Positions 10,212-23,198 of a stretch of DNA of 64,000 nt are shown here, piece after piece. Source of the DNA: Halieaceae bacterium (GTDB lineage: Bacteria > Pseudomonadota > Gammaproteobacteria > Pseudomonadales > Halieaceae). The notes under the pieces were generated by a model. The model was not told the DNA's origin. It saw only the letters and a list, made by a program, of their open reading frames with translations, and searched no databases. Location of the stretch: the NCBI GenBank assembly GCA_038135595.1, contig JAYPXQ010000002.1, positions 4,951 to 68,950 of the forward strand, in the 5' to 3' direction. The position numbers and the translations under genes are program-made. Each line of letters opens with the position of its first letter. Within the stretch, counting starts at the first letter, position 1.

Positions 10212-11560
10212 CTGATAGCCTCGATTGTTTCAAGGCCTACGATGTGCGTGGCCGCATTCCGGATCAGTTGAATGAGGATGTTGCCTATCGCATCGGTCGA
10301 GCCTACGCGGAGGTCATCCAGCCGGGCATCGTCGTGGTGGGGCACGACATCCGCCTCACCAGCGAGTCTATCAAGCAGGCGCTGACCGACGGCCTCAGAA
10401 CGCAGGGCGTGTCAGTACAGGACATCGGGCTGTGCGGAACCGAAGAGATTTATTTCGCGACGGCACACTTGGGTGTTGGAGGTGGCATCGTTGTGACCGC
10501 CAGCCACAACCCCAAAGACTACAACGGTATGAAATTTGTCAGGGAGGGTTCGCGCCCCATCTCGGGCGATTCGGGGTTAGCGGATATTCGTGCGCTCGCC
10601 GAGCAAAATGCGTTTGAGCCCGCCCCAGCACGGGGGGGCTACCAAACGGTCGACACCCGGGCGGCATACGTGCAGCACCTGCTCTCGTATGTCGATGTTT
10701 CAGCCCTAGCCCCGCTAAAGATTGTCTGTACGGCGGGTAATGGTGGCGCAGGTGCTGTGATTGATGCGTTGGAATCGCATTTGCCTTTTACCTTTATCAA
10801 AGTGCATCACGAGCCCGATGGTGAATTTCCCAATGGCGTGCCGAACCCGCTGTTGGTGGAAAATCGCGCGGTGACTGCGGAGCGTGTGGTCGCTGAGGGT
10901 GCCGACCTGGGTATCGCTTGGGACGGAGATTTCGATCGCTGCTTTTTCTTCGATAGCGCCGGACATTTTATCGAAGGCTATTACATTGTGGGCTTGCTGG
11001 CCGAGGCGTTTTTGTCTCGCCTTGGGCCTCAAAAAATCGTTCACGACCCTCGCCTGACATGGAATACGCAGGATATCGCCCGCGCCGGTGGCGGCGAGCC
11101 AGTGCTGAGTAAAACGGGCCACGCGTTTATCAAGGAACGCATGCGCGAGGTGGATGCGGTTTACGGCGGCGAGATGTCGGCCCACCACTATTTTCGTGAC
11201 TTTGCTTATTGCGACAGCGGCATGATCCCCTGGCTGTTGATTGCCGGGTTAATGTCCCAAACAGAGCAGCCGCTCTCCGCATTGGTTGCAGCCAGAGAAA
11301 GCGCCTTTCCCTGCTCAGGAGAAATCAACCGACAGGTCGCTGATCCTCCTGCCCTGCTGTCGGCTGTCGAGTCGCGCTATGGCGAGCAGGCGGCGTCGAT
11401 CGAAAAGCTGGATGGCTTGGGGATGGAGTTTGCCGATTGGCGTTTCAACCTGCGCATGTCCAACACCGAGCCCGTGGTCCGGCTCAATGTCGAGACCCGG
11501 GGCGATCAGGCCTTGATGGAAGCAAAGACTGAGGAACTCTTGTCCTTGATCGACGCCTGA
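10208..11560 (+). CDS. Phosphomannomutase/phosphoglucomutase
   Basis: 450 aa. CFKAYDVRG, active-site [14 protein letters not shown], Mg loop [13 protein letters not shown] and [10 protein letters not shown]. Overlaps the galU stop. Confidence 0.9.
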   Translation: MTDSLDCFKAYDVRGRIPDQLNEDVAYRIGRAYAEVIQPGIVVVGHDIRLTSESIKQALTDGLRTQGVSVQDIGLCGTEEIYFATAHLGVGGGIVVTASHNPKDYNGMKFVREGSRPISGDSGLADIRALAEQNAFEPAPARGGYQTVDTRAAYVQHLLSYVDVSALAPLKIVCTAGNGGAGAVIDALESHLPFTFIKVHHEPDGEFPNGVPNPLLVENRAVTAERVVAEGADLGIAWDGDFDRCFFFDSAGHFIEGYYIVGLLAEAFLSRLGPQKIVHDPRLTWNTQDIARAGGGEPVLSKTGHAFIKERMREVDAVYGGEMSAHHYFRDFAYCDSGMIPWLLIAGLMSQTEQPLSALVAARESAFPCSGEINRQVADPPALLSAVESRYGEQAASIEKLDGLGMEFADWRFNLRMSNTEPVVRLNVETRGDQALMEAKTEELLSLIDA

Positions 11561-13180
11561 TCAGGGCTCGGGATTGGCGTCTCGCCAGGCGTTTACGGCA
11601 CTCAAGGTAGCGGGGTCGGCATCGACCGAAACTGCGTCGTCACGCAGAAGCGCCTGCATTTCAGCGGCGATCTCTTTGCCGAGTTCGACGCCCCACTGGT
11701 CGAAGGAATTAATGCCCATTAGCACGCCGAGAAAGAAGGTTTTGTGCTCAAATGCCGCGATCAGCCCTCCCAGACACTCCGGTGATACGCTGCTCATGGT
11801 GATCAGCGAATGACTATGATTGCCCGGTAATTCGAATTGGCGGCTGGCCTCTGCCGAAAACCCGCGTTCAGCGCCAAGCCGAAGGGCGTCATCTCTGGGC
11901 CGACCAACCATCAGGGCACGGCTTTGCGCTAAAGCATGCCCAGCGAGCGCACGCCGCGCATCAAAGTCTCCGTCCCCTGATGAGAGGGGCAAAATAATGT
12001 CAGCGGTAAAAGATCGCGTGCCCTGGTGTAGCAGCTGGTAGTAGGAATGCTGCCCGATCGTGCCGGCTGAACCCCAGAGCACCGGCGCCGTATGGTGCGT
12101 GAGTGGTTGCCCTTCTGGCGTTACGTGTTTGCCGTTACTTTCCATGGTGAGTTGTTGTAGAAAATCGGGGAGTCGCGCCAGCCTTTGCGCGTAGGGTAAT
12201 ACGGCATGGGTATCGGTTTTCAGGTAATGGGTTTGCCACAGCTCAAGAAGTGCCATCATCATCGGCAAATTATTGGCGGGTGGGACCTCTGCCGTGTGCT
12301 CGTCCATGGCGCGAGCGCCCTCCAAAAGGCGGAAAAACGCTGACCACCCCAGGGCCAATGGGATGGCAATACCGATCGCCGACCACAGAGAGTAACGTCC
12401 TCCCACCCAGTCCCAGATCGGGAAGCATCGCTCGGGCCAAACGTTCCACTCCCCCGCGCGCGCGACCTGCGTGGTGACCGCAATCAGGTTATTCCCCAGT
12501 GTTTCGTTGGTAGCACCGCCCGCTATCAGCCAAGCTCTGGCCCTGATTGTGTTGGAGAGCGTCTCCTCGGTAGAGAACGACTTGGAGCAGATAACGAACA
12601 GCGTGCGCGCGGGGTTGAGCCCCGCCAGTGTCGTGTCGAGATCATGAGGGTCGATATTGGCGACGAAATGAGCCCGCAGGGGCGCGCCGTTATATTCCAG
12701 CGCCTCACAGACGAGCCGCGGTCCGAGGTCCGATCCGCCAATACCGAGGTTCACCACATCGGTGAAGGACTGGCCGTCAAAACCACAGGCATCACCGGCG
12801 TGCACTGCTGCCACCAGCTCAGCCATCCGGGACAATGTGTCCTCGACCAACTTCGACAGCGTCGGTTGCGTTGCGGTCCCGGTGCCTCGGAGCAGGGTAT
12901 GGAGCGCTGCGCGTCGCTCCGAGGTGTTCACTTCCTCGCCGCGGGTCAGTGCCGAGAAAGCCTCCGCCAGAGCTCGGGCCTCCGCCAGTTCGAGCAAAAT
13001 TTGCCGCGCGGCGTCGTCTAGGCGATGCTTGGCGAAATCCAAAACGAGTCCGGATGCGCTGCAGCGATATTGTGTGGCGCGGTCGGGTTCAGTGTCGAAC
13101 AGGGTTTCTATCCGTCGATCATTGAGCGACGCCGCGGCGTGAAGTAGCCGATCGTGGAGCGGCGGGGGTGCGGCGTCCAT
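11561..13180 (-). CDS. pgi: Glucose-6-phosphate isomerase
   Basis: 539 aa. VVNLGIGGSDLGP, FVICSKSFSTEET, IWDWVGGRYSLWSAIG and SFDQWGVELGK are PGI signatures. Confidence 0.93.
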   Translation of the reverse strand: MDAAPPPLHDRLLHAAASLNDRRIETLFDTEPDRATQYRCSASGLVLDFAKHRLDDAARQILLELAEARALAEAFSALTRGEEVNTSERRAALHTLLRGTGTATQPTLSKLVEDTLSRMAELVAAVHAGDACGFDGQSFTDVVNLGIGGSDLGPRLVCEALEYNGAPLRAHFVANIDPHDLDTTLAGLNPARTLFVICSKSFSTEETLSNTIRARAWLIAGGATNETLGNNLIAVTTQVARAGEWNVWPERCFPIWDWVGGRYSLWSAIGIAIPLALGWSAFFRLLEGARAMDEHTAEVPPANNLPMMMALLELWQTHYLKTDTHAVLPYAQRLARLPDFLQQLTMESNGKHVTPEGQPLTHHTAPVLWGSAGTIGQHSYYQLLHQGTRSFTADIILPLSSGDGDFDARRALAGHALAQSRALMVGRPRDDALRLGAERGFSAEASRQFELPGNHSHSLITMSSVSPECLGGLIAAFEHKTFFLGVLMGINSFDQWGVELGKEIAAEMQALLRDDAVSVDADPATLSAVNAWRDANPEP

Positions 13181-14145
13181 TAGCCGAGGCGATCCACGGC
13201 TTGGTTTGCCATCTGCTGTAAGGCGTCCCGCGCGGAGGAGGGGTTGAGGGGACCAAGGGCCGCCGTCGCCTGTCGCTGATGTTTCATCGCTGCGTCTCGG
13301 GTAGCTTCGAGTCCGCCGGTGCGTCGCACAACGGCCATGACTTCCGCGAAGGCGTCGCCATTTTTCGTCCGCAGCGCCTCAGCCACGATGCCCCGATCGT
13401 TGTCATCACCGACTTCGAGCGCATGGAGTAGCGGGAGCGTAATTTTCCCCTCACTGAGATCATCACCAATATTTTTACCTGTCAGTGAGGGATCTCCGGC
13501 ATAGTCGAGCAAGTCATCAGCCAGTTGGAAGGCGATACCCAGATTCATCCCATAGTCGAGCATGGTCGCCGCGATGGCGCTGTCTACGTTGTGCAGTAAC
13601 GCGGCGCCGTGGCAAGCGGCAGCGAACAGGGCGGCGGTCTTGCGCCGAATAATTTCCTGATACTGATCGGCCTGCGTGTCGGGGTCACCTGCGTGCACCA
13701 GCTGCATGACTTCGCCCGCGGCGATGGTATTGGTGGTCTCGGCCATATGGGCGAGGAGTGGCATGTGATTGAGTTGCACCATGAGCTGAAAGGCGCGGGT
13801 ATAGATGAAGTCTCCGACCAGGACGCTAGGTGCATTACCGAAAGCGGCGTTGGCGGTGGGCCTGCCCCGACGCAAGGTAGAGAGGTCGACCACGTCGTCA
13901 TGCAGGAGCGTGGCGGTGTGAATGAATTCGACAACCGCCGCAAACTGGATGTGGCTTGTCTCTATGCCCCCCAGCGCCTGAGCTGACAGTAACACCAGTA
14001 GTGGTCGCATCCGCTTGCCGCCAGCCTGCACGATGTGGTGACCAATGCTCTCCACCATTTCGACATCTGACTGCAGCATGGATACGATCACTTCATCGAC
14101 CTGCGCAAATTCAGCCGCGACGCTGTCTCTTATTGTGACATCCAC
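13180..14145 (-). CDS. ispB: Octaprenyl-diphosphate synthase
   Basis: 321 aa. Two Asp-rich motifs, LLHDDVVD and FQLADDLLDY. Divergent from rplU as in many Gammaproteobacteria. Its stop overlaps the pgi start (TAATG). Confidence 0.9.
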   Translation of the reverse strand: MDVTIRDSVAAEFAQVDEVIVSMLQSDVEMVESIGHHIVQAGGKRMRPLLVLLSAQALGGIETSHIQFAAVVEFIHTATLLHDDVVDLSTLRRGRPTANAAFGNAPSVLVGDFIYTRAFQLMVQLNHMPLLAHMAETTNTIAAGEVMQLVHAGDPDTQADQYQEIIRRKTAALFAAACHGAALLHNVDSAIAATMLDYGMNLGIAFQLADDLLDYAGDPSLTGKNIGDDLSEGKITLPLLHALEVGDDNDRGIVAEALRTKNGDAFAEVMAVVRRTGGLEATRDAAMKHQRQATAALGPLNPSSARDALQQMANQAVDRLG

Positions 14146-14396
14146 TGCTCACCCCCCTCCGCGGCGAAGTATAGGCCGGGGAGGGCGATGCCGCCACGCC
14201 GACGGCCGATATCTTCTGGATCGAGAAAACGCAGACATTTTCTAGAAAAATCAGCCAGAATCCTCACACTTGCGCTCAACCTAATGAACGCGTATTGTTC
14301 GCGCCCTTGATCTGACCATACGGTCAGGTTTCGGTGCCTGAACTCTGCCCCGCTTTGGCGGTCTTTTTGCGAGCAGGCTAACTGAGAGGAAAAACA

Positions 14397-14708
14397 ATGT
14401 ACGCAGTAATTCAGAGCGGCGGTAAACAGCACCGCGTGGAAGAGGGCGAGCAGATCAAGCTCGAGAAGATCGAGGCTGCGACTGGCGACACCGTCGAGTT
14501 CGATCAGGTCCTGATGGTTGGCGCGGGTAGCGATGTCAAGATCGGCGCGCCGCTGGTGGCGGGCGGTAAGGTAACGGCTGAGGTCGTTTCCCACGGCCGA
14601 CACGACAAAATCCGCATCGTTAAGTTCAACCGACGCAAGCACTACCGCAAGGAGACGGGTCACCGTCAGTGGTATACCGAAGTCAAAATCACAGCGATTA
14701 CCGGCTGA
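14397..14708 (+). CDS. rplU: 50S ribosomal protein L21
   Basis: [26 protein letters not shown]... 103 aa. Confidence 0.97.
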   Translation: MYAVIQSGGKQHRVEEGEQIKLEKIEAATGDTVEFDQVLMVGAGSDVKIGAPLVAGGKVTAEVVSHGRHDKIRIVKFNRRKHYRKETGHRQWYTEVKITAITG

Positions 14709-14723
14709 CAGGAGAGCACACTC

Positions 14724-17381
<2,658 letters not shown>

Positions 17382-17385
17382 TGTG

Positions 17386-18216
17386 ATGTCGGGCCCATGG
17401 CTTCTCGCGTTTTATGGTGGCAGCCTGTTTGTCGCATCCCTGCTGGGGAGCTGGTTGCCGCGACAAATTGCGATGACCCATACGCGCACGCAAATGGTGT
17501 TGAGTATGGTGTCAGGGCTCATGCTCGGCGTCGCATTTTTGCACCTGATCCCCCACAGTTTTGCCGCTGCCCCCGACGAAATAGACAAGGTGATGGCGTG
17601 GACGCTGACCGGTCTGATTTTTATGTTATTGATGCTGAGACTGTTTCATTTTCATCAGCATGATTTTGGTGCGGCAGCGGATGACTGCGCAATTTCCTCA
17701 GGCGACGCCCACCATCACGCCCACGCCCATGATCACGCCCATCCGCCCGAGAGAATGTTGGGCGCGCTGGGTTTGTTGTTCGGTCTGTGCGTGCACACCG
17801 TTATTGACGGGATTGCGCTGGCCGCCGTGTTGGTTACTGACCAGCTGCTGCCAATGGCGGGAATAGGCGTGTTTATGGCGATCCTACTGCACAAGCCACT
17901 GGACGCCCTGTCTATTGAAACCGTCATGACAACAGGAGGATGGTCCTCGTCGGCGCGATGGTGGGCTGCGGTAAGCTTTGCGCTTCTGTGCCCGGCTGCC
18001 GCCCTCGGGTTTTATCTGGGCGTGGCGCCCATGCTGTCCAGCCTCTGGTTACCTGCGGTGCTGGCGTTTGCCGCCGGTGCTTTTATCTGTATCGCATTGG
18101 GGGATCTGCTCCCCGAGGTGCAGTTCCACAGTCATGACCGCATCCGTCTCACAGCGTTTTTTTTGGTGGGGGTGGCGCTTGCCATCGTGATCGGTTGGTT
18201 AGAGGGGACGCACTGA
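17386..18216 (+). CDS. ZIP-family divalent metal (Zn/Fe) transporter
   Basis: Multi-TM protein with a His-rich loop GDAHHHAHAHDHAHPP and HLIPHS / ALGDLLPE-type motifs. ATG 17386 is preferred over track TTG 17368. Confidence 0.8.
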   Translation: MSGPWLLAFYGGSLFVASLLGSWLPRQIAMTHTRTQMVLSMVSGLMLGVAFLHLIPHSFAAAPDEIDKVMAWTLTGLIFMLLMLRLFHFHQHDFGAAADDCAISSGDAHHHAHAHDHAHPPERMLGALGLLFGLCVHTVIDGIALAAVLVTDQLLPMAGIGVFMAILLHKPLDALSIETVMTTGGWSSSARWWAAVSFALLCPAAALGFYLGVAPMLSSLWLPAVLAFAAGAFICIALGDLLPEVQFHSHDRIRLTAFFLVGVALAIVIGWLEGTH

Positions 18217-18222
18217 CTCATC

Positions 18223-19305
18223 TCAGTCGGGTGCGCCCATGTGATGTGCCAGCTTTGCGCCGGTCTGGCGATCGACATCTCTATCCAGCCAGCCGTTCAG
18301 TTCTCCTGCGATGAGCTCAGTCAGGGCCTCGATATGTGCCGGCTCGGCATTCAGGCAGGGGATGTACTCATACCGGGTTCCGCCGGCCTCCAGAAAAGTA
18401 TCCCGGTTTTCCATGCCGATTTCTTCGATGGTTTCAAGACAGTCGGCAGAAAATCCCGGGCACACCACCTGCACCGACGCCACACCTCGCTCAGGCAGCC
18501 CCCGCAGCGTTTCGTCGGTGTAGGGCTGCAACCACTCTTCACGGCCAAATCGTGATTGAAAGGTTGTGATCATTTCGGCGGCGTTGAGGCCAAGTTGTTC
18601 GCCAATCAGGCGAGAAGTTTTGTGGCATTGGCAGTGGTAGGGGTCCCCCTCGAGGAGGTAGCGCTTGGGCATGCCATGATAAGAAAGCACGAGTTTGTCG
18701 GCGCGACCATGGGTTTGCCAATGTGCCTCGATGCTCTGGCTAACGGCTTGAATGTATCCTGGGTTGTCGTGGTATGAGCTGACAAAGCGTAGCGATGGTA
18801 GCCATCTACGGCGCGTCAGTGCGCTACTCACCTCGTCATAGGTCGATCCGGTTGTCGGGCCGCCGTAATGGGGGTAGAGCGGTAGAACAACCAATTGCTC
18901 CATGCCCGCGGCAAACATCTCATCCAGTACGGTATGGATTGCCGGGGCGCCGTAGCGCATGGCGCCGCGCACAATAAAACGATCACCATATTGAGCCACA
19001 AGGCGTTGCTCGACACCGGCTACCTGATCCTCCAGGTGCATCAGTAACGGCGATCCGCGCTCGGTCCAAACCGCGCGATACGCCTCGGCGGACCGCTTGG
19101 GCCGAGTGTTGAGGATGATGCCATTCAAAATAAGCCACCAAATAGGGCGAGGCACTTCGACGACCCGGGGATCCCATAAAAACTGCTTGAGGTAAGGTCT
19201 CAGGGCTTTGGCTGTGGGCGCCTCTGGGGTACCCAAATTGGTCAGCAAAACACCGATGCGAGGCGCTGAGTTGTGCTGGTAATCGGACTGGCCGACATAT
19301 TTCAT
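18223..19305 (-). CDS. hemH: Ferrochelatase
   Basis: MKYVGQSDYQHNSAPRIGVLLTNLGTPEAPT...LPLYPHY...HGMP... Start at the 15th codon of track ORF 18223..19347. Confidence 0.92.
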   Translation of the reverse strand: MKYVGQSDYQHNSAPRIGVLLTNLGTPEAPTAKALRPYLKQFLWDPRVVEVPRPIWWLILNGIILNTRPKRSAEAYRAVWTERGSPLLMHLEDQVAGVEQRLVAQYGDRFIVRGAMRYGAPAIHTVLDEMFAAGMEQLVVLPLYPHYGGPTTGSTYDEVSSALTRRRWLPSLRFVSSYHDNPGYIQAVSQSIEAHWQTHGRADKLVLSYHGMPKRYLLEGDPYHCQCHKTSRLIGEQLGLNAAEMITTFQSRFGREEWLQPYTDETLRGLPERGVASVQVVCPGFSADCLETIEEIGMENRDTFLEAGGTRYEYIPCLNAEPAHIEALTELIAGELNGWLDRDVDRQTGAKLAHHMGAPD

Positions 19306-19464
19306 AAGGGATTCCTGAAGCCGGTGCGTCGTGACCCTGACGCCCAATGATCTGCAAACTAAGTGTACCTTATACGCGAATTGACTCCGGGCTGATCAGT
19401 GCGTACAAACGGGATCCGGTTAGGTTTCTCTTACCTCGTTTTTTTATCGCCACAGGACTGAAAC

Positions 19465-20631
19465 ATGAGTCTCGATTTTGACAGTGCCAGACTCCCGAAT
19501 CCGAACCTTACCGAGGAACACCTCGCCTGGAGGGCAGCGCTCAGGCGGTTTGTTGATACAGAGATCATGCCGCACGCCGACGCATGGGATGAGGCGGGCG
19601 CGATACCCGATGCCCTGTGGCCAAAGGCAGCTTCGGTGGGGCTACTCGGCTTGGGTTACCCCGAAGTCTTTGGCGGACAGCCCGCGGACAGCTGGTACTC
19701 CTGGATCGTTAACGAAGAGCTGTCCCGCGTCGGGGTCGGTGGGGTAGCCGCTTCGCTAATGGTGCACGGCATCGGCTTGCCGCCGGTTCTTAACTGGGGG
19801 CCCGAATGGATGCAGGCTGAGGTTGCGCCGCCGGTGCTGCGGGGCGAAAAATGGATTTCTCTGGGTATTACCGAGCCGGGAGGCGGCTCCGATGTGGCGA
19901 ATCTGTCCACGCAGGCGGTGCGGGACGGCGATCACTATGTGGTCTCGGGCAGTAAAACCTACATTACCGGGGGGATGCGCGCCAATTGGGTATCAACCGC
20001 CGTGCGAACCGGCGGCGATGGCGCCGGTGGCGTATCGATGCTGCTAATACCCACGGATGCAGCGGGTTTTTCGCGCACGCCCCTCGATCGTAAAATGGGT
20101 TGGTGGGCATCCGACACCGCAACCCTCTATTTTGACGAGGTGCGCGTTCCCGTTAGCCACCTGATAGGACGGGAAAACGAAGGGTTCAAAGTCATCATGA
20201 CCAATTTCAACAGCGAGCGTATGGGCATGGCGGCAGCCATGGAGGCCTACGGTCGCGTTTGTCTTGAGGAAGCTGTGATCTGGGCAAGGGAGCGAAAAAC
20301 TTTTGGCCAACGCCTGGCAGATCATCAAGTGATTCGCCATAAAATCGCGCAGATGAAGCAACAGTTAAATGCGACTCAGGCCTATATTCGTTGTTGTTAC
20401 GAAGCGATAGAGGCGGGGACCCCTAACCCGGGCGATATCGCTTTACTCAAGGTGCAGGCAAGTGAAGTCATGGAGTTCTGCGCCCGCGAGGCCATGCAGA
20501 TTCTCGGGGGGCTTGGCTATATGCGTGGCAACCGCGTAGAACGTATCTATCGTGAGGTGAGGGTCAATGCGATTGGCGGGGGATCAGAAGAGATCATGAG
20601 GGATTTGGCCTCACGTCAATACGGCCTCTGA
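19465..20631 (+). CDS. Acyl-CoA dehydrogenase (LCAD/IVD-like C-terminal motif)
   Basis: 388 aa. GITEPGGGSDVANL, GSKTYITGG, and C-terminal IGGGSEEIMRDLASR. Confidence 0.88.
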   Translation: MSLDFDSARLPNPNLTEEHLAWRAALRRFVDTEIMPHADAWDEAGAIPDALWPKAASVGLLGLGYPEVFGGQPADSWYSWIVNEELSRVGVGGVAASLMVHGIGLPPVLNWGPEWMQAEVAPPVLRGEKWISLGITEPGGGSDVANLSTQAVRDGDHYVVSGSKTYITGGMRANWVSTAVRTGGDGAGGVSMLLIPTDAAGFSRTPLDRKMGWWASDTATLYFDEVRVPVSHLIGRENEGFKVIMTNFNSERMGMAAAMEAYGRVCLEEAVIWARERKTFGQRLADHQVIRHKIAQMKQQLNATQAYIRCCYEAIEAGTPNPGDIALLKVQASEVMEFCAREAMQILGGLGYMRGNRVERIYREVRVNAIGGGSEEIMRDLASRQYGL

Positions 20632-20804
20632 CCGGGGTCAGTCAGTCGATGGCGGGGCTGAGCCCATGATTGGCGGGGAGGCGGGAGGCACGTTGGCGCA
20701 TGCGCACTTGGCGGAGGAGCGTGCCCGGTGCTCTGATCCAGCGACTTCAGCACCGATATTACCGGGTAAGCGATTTCAATAAGAGAGAGTTCAGGAGAGA
20801 GAAG

Positions 20805-22007
20805 ATGGCGGACAACAAAGCGGCATTGAAAACCTTTCGGGAGGAGGTATCAGCCTGGATGGCGGAAAACGTGCCCGCTGACCCGGGGTTTCTATTGCCC
20901 CTGACCTTTCTCGAGGTCGGCACCGAACAGCAGCTCGATTTTCTGCGTGAGTGGCAGTACAAACTCTGGAGCGCCGGCTATTTGGGGATGCATTGGCCGA
21001 CCGAGTACGGTGGCCAAGGCGCCGATCCTGCCTATCAGTATGTGGTGGATAAAGAGCTCAGCCGTCACAACGCCCCGATTATCTTCAATACCATTGGACT
21101 CAACTGGGTGGGGCCGCTGTTGCTAGATATGGGGACTGATGAAGAGAAAGCGAAATACATCAAGCATATTCTCTCCGGCGAGGAGATTTGGTGTCAGGGA
21201 TTCTCAGAGCCCGATCATGGCTCTGACCTGGGCGCTGTCCAAACCCGAGCAGTGAAGGACGGTGACGCGTACGTGGTGAACGGATCCAAGATCTGGACCA
21301 CGTTGGGTAACTATGCAGACCACATGATCCTGTTGGCGCGCACCGACCCCACAGCAGAACGTAAATACGACGGTTTGTCATTTTTCCTTTCGCCGATGAA
21401 AGTCGCCGGTATCGAAGCCCATCCCATCCGCAAGGTTACGGGTGAGTACGGTTTTAATCAGACGTTTTTCACTGATGCACGCATTCCCGCAAGCTGCCTG
21501 ATGGGTGAGGAGGGCGGTGGTTGGCGCGTGGCAATGAAGACATTGGAATACGAGCGGGGTGTCACCGCGGGACAGGCCAGCGGGCACTGGGGCGTGACCA
21601 TCCAGATCGATGACATGATTAACGATTTGCGCGGGCTTGAGCAAGACGGTGAGGCGCTACTCTCTGATCCGATTGTTCGCGACGACTTGGTCGGCTTCAT
21701 GATGGAGGCTAAGGCACTTTCATTATCGGCACGACGTATGGCAGTTCCCGCATTGAATACCGATTACCCGATGGGGCTTGCGTTGTCCGTGAAGTATCGG
21801 GGTACTGAGTACGAGCGGCGGATGAAGCAGTACACAGCGAGCAAGCAGGGCGCGCGCAGTGCACTCTATGTCGGCGATGCGGATGCTGTTCGGGGTGGGT
21901 TCTGGCAACGGGCTTACTTCAGTAATTTTGGCGCTACCATCGGCGGCGGCACGACCCAGGTACAAGCCAATATTATCGCCGAGCACGTGCTCGGGCTGCC
22001 GAAGTAG
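20805..22007 (+). CDS. Acyl-CoA dehydrogenase family protein
   Basis: MADNKAALKTFREEV..., GFSEPDHGSDLGAV, GSKIWTT, and C-terminal IGGGTTQVQANIIAE. ATG 20805 has an AGGAGAGAGAAG Shine-Dalgarno-like tract. The N-terminal 45 codons of the track ORF are rejected. Confidence 0.85.
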   Translation: MADNKAALKTFREEVSAWMAENVPADPGFLLPLTFLEVGTEQQLDFLREWQYKLWSAGYLGMHWPTEYGGQGADPAYQYVVDKELSRHNAPIIFNTIGLNWVGPLLLDMGTDEEKAKYIKHILSGEEIWCQGFSEPDHGSDLGAVQTRAVKDGDAYVVNGSKIWTTLGNYADHMILLARTDPTAERKYDGLSFFLSPMKVAGIEAHPIRKVTGEYGFNQTFFTDARIPASCLMGEEGGGWRVAMKTLEYERGVTAGQASGHWGVTIQIDDMINDLRGLEQDGEALLSDPIVRDDLVGFMMEAKALSLSARRMAVPALNTDYPMGLALSVKYRGTEYERRMKQYTASKQGARSALYVGDADAVRGGFWQRAYFSNFGATIGGGTTQVQANIIAEHVLGLPK

Positions 22008-22019
22008 GAGGGCTGAAAC

Positions 22020-23156
22020 ATGTTTAGTTATCCGCAGAATTTAGCGATCAGCCTGACCGAAGAACAGGGCATGTTATTAGATGTGGCGCGAGGGTTTGTG
22101 CGTGATCAAGCCCCGATCGAAGTGGTGCGCGCACAGCTGGAAACGGAAACCGGATACGAATCGGGTATTTGGCAGAGCATGGTCGAGATGGGGTGGACAG
22201 GCCTCTCTCTTCCCGACGCAGTGGGCGGTGCCGGCATGGGTGTTGGGTCTGCCGTGCCTGTTTTCGAGGCGCTTGGTGGCGGATTACTGGGTACTCCCTT
22301 GTTGAGCACGACAGTGGCGGGCCAGTTGATTTGGCGCGCAGCGGGCGAGCAAGCTGCTGAGTGGCTGGGCCGGCTCTGCGAGGGTCAAATTGGCACGGTG
22401 GCTTTCCTTGATAACTCTGACTGGGGGGTGCCCAATACGGGCGTTGCACTGGACGCCTCGGGGGCTCTGAAGGGCCGCAAACACTTTGTTGCCGATGCCG
22501 GTGTGGCGGATTTTTTTGTGGTGGTAGCCAACGACAATGGAAGCCCGGTACTCGCATTGGTTGAACGCAGTGCCCTGGCCGCCGACGCGGTGTCCGTGAA
22601 TGTTCTGATTGACCTGACCAAGCGCGCAGCCAATGTCGATTTTACCGGTGCGACGCCGGCCCACGTGGTGCGCGGTGAGGCGGTGACGAGCGCCCTTCGG
22701 GATACGTTATTACTCGCCGCTCTGTTGACGGCAGCCGAGACAACCGGCGCTGCAGGGCGATGTTTGTCCAGCATTATTGAGTATCTCAATACGCGCAAAC
22801 AGTTCGGAAAATTGATCGGTTCCTACCAAGCACTCAAACATCCCACGGTCGATATCTATGTGGGCATGGAAAATGCACGGTCCTTTGTTTACCACGGCGC
22901 GACCATCGTGGCCGATGAGACCCTGTCTACCGACGCCGAGGTGGCCTGTCGCATGGCCAAGGTAGCGGCAGACAGCGTCATGGTTTACGCAGGGGATCGC
23001 GCGGTGCAGTTCCACGGTGGGTTCGGCTTTACTTGGGAGTGTGATTCGACCTTGTTTATCCGGCGCGCGCAGTGGGCACAGCAAATGTTCGGAGACGCGA
23101 TCCATCATCGAAAGCGGCTGGCCGCCTTGTTGCTGGATGCCGCAGCGGGCGCCTAA
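22020..23156 (+). CDS. Acyl-CoA dehydrogenase family protein (possible partner subunit of the preceding gene)
   Basis: 378 aa. ACAD C-terminal domain block VQFHGGFGFTWECD. It starts 12 nt after the previous ACAD stop, behind GGAGGG. Confidence 0.8.
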   Translation: MFSYPQNLAISLTEEQGMLLDVARGFVRDQAPIEVVRAQLETETGYESGIWQSMVEMGWTGLSLPDAVGGAGMGVGSAVPVFEALGGGLLGTPLLSTTVAGQLIWRAAGEQAAEWLGRLCEGQIGTVAFLDNSDWGVPNTGVALDASGALKGRKHFVADAGVADFFVVVANDNGSPVLALVERSALAADAVSVNVLIDLTKRAANVDFTGATPAHVVRGEAVTSALRDTLLLAALLTAAETTGAAGRCLSSIIEYLNTRKQFGKLIGSYQALKHPTVDIYVGMENARSFVYHGATIVADETLSTDAEVACRMAKVAADSVMVYAGDRAVQFHGGFGFTWECDSTLFIRRAQWAQQMFGDAIHHRKRLAALLLDAAAGA

Positions 23157-23198
23157 TTAACCTGGGTGCCTGAACTGCGTATTGCTTTGCCCGCCCCC

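Noticed and set aside
14312-14327. CTGACC-ATAC-GGTCAG hairpin in the rplU leader
   Set aside because: It is a 6-bp stem with no U-tract, and I know of no leader element for gammaproteobacterial L21. It is probably incidental.
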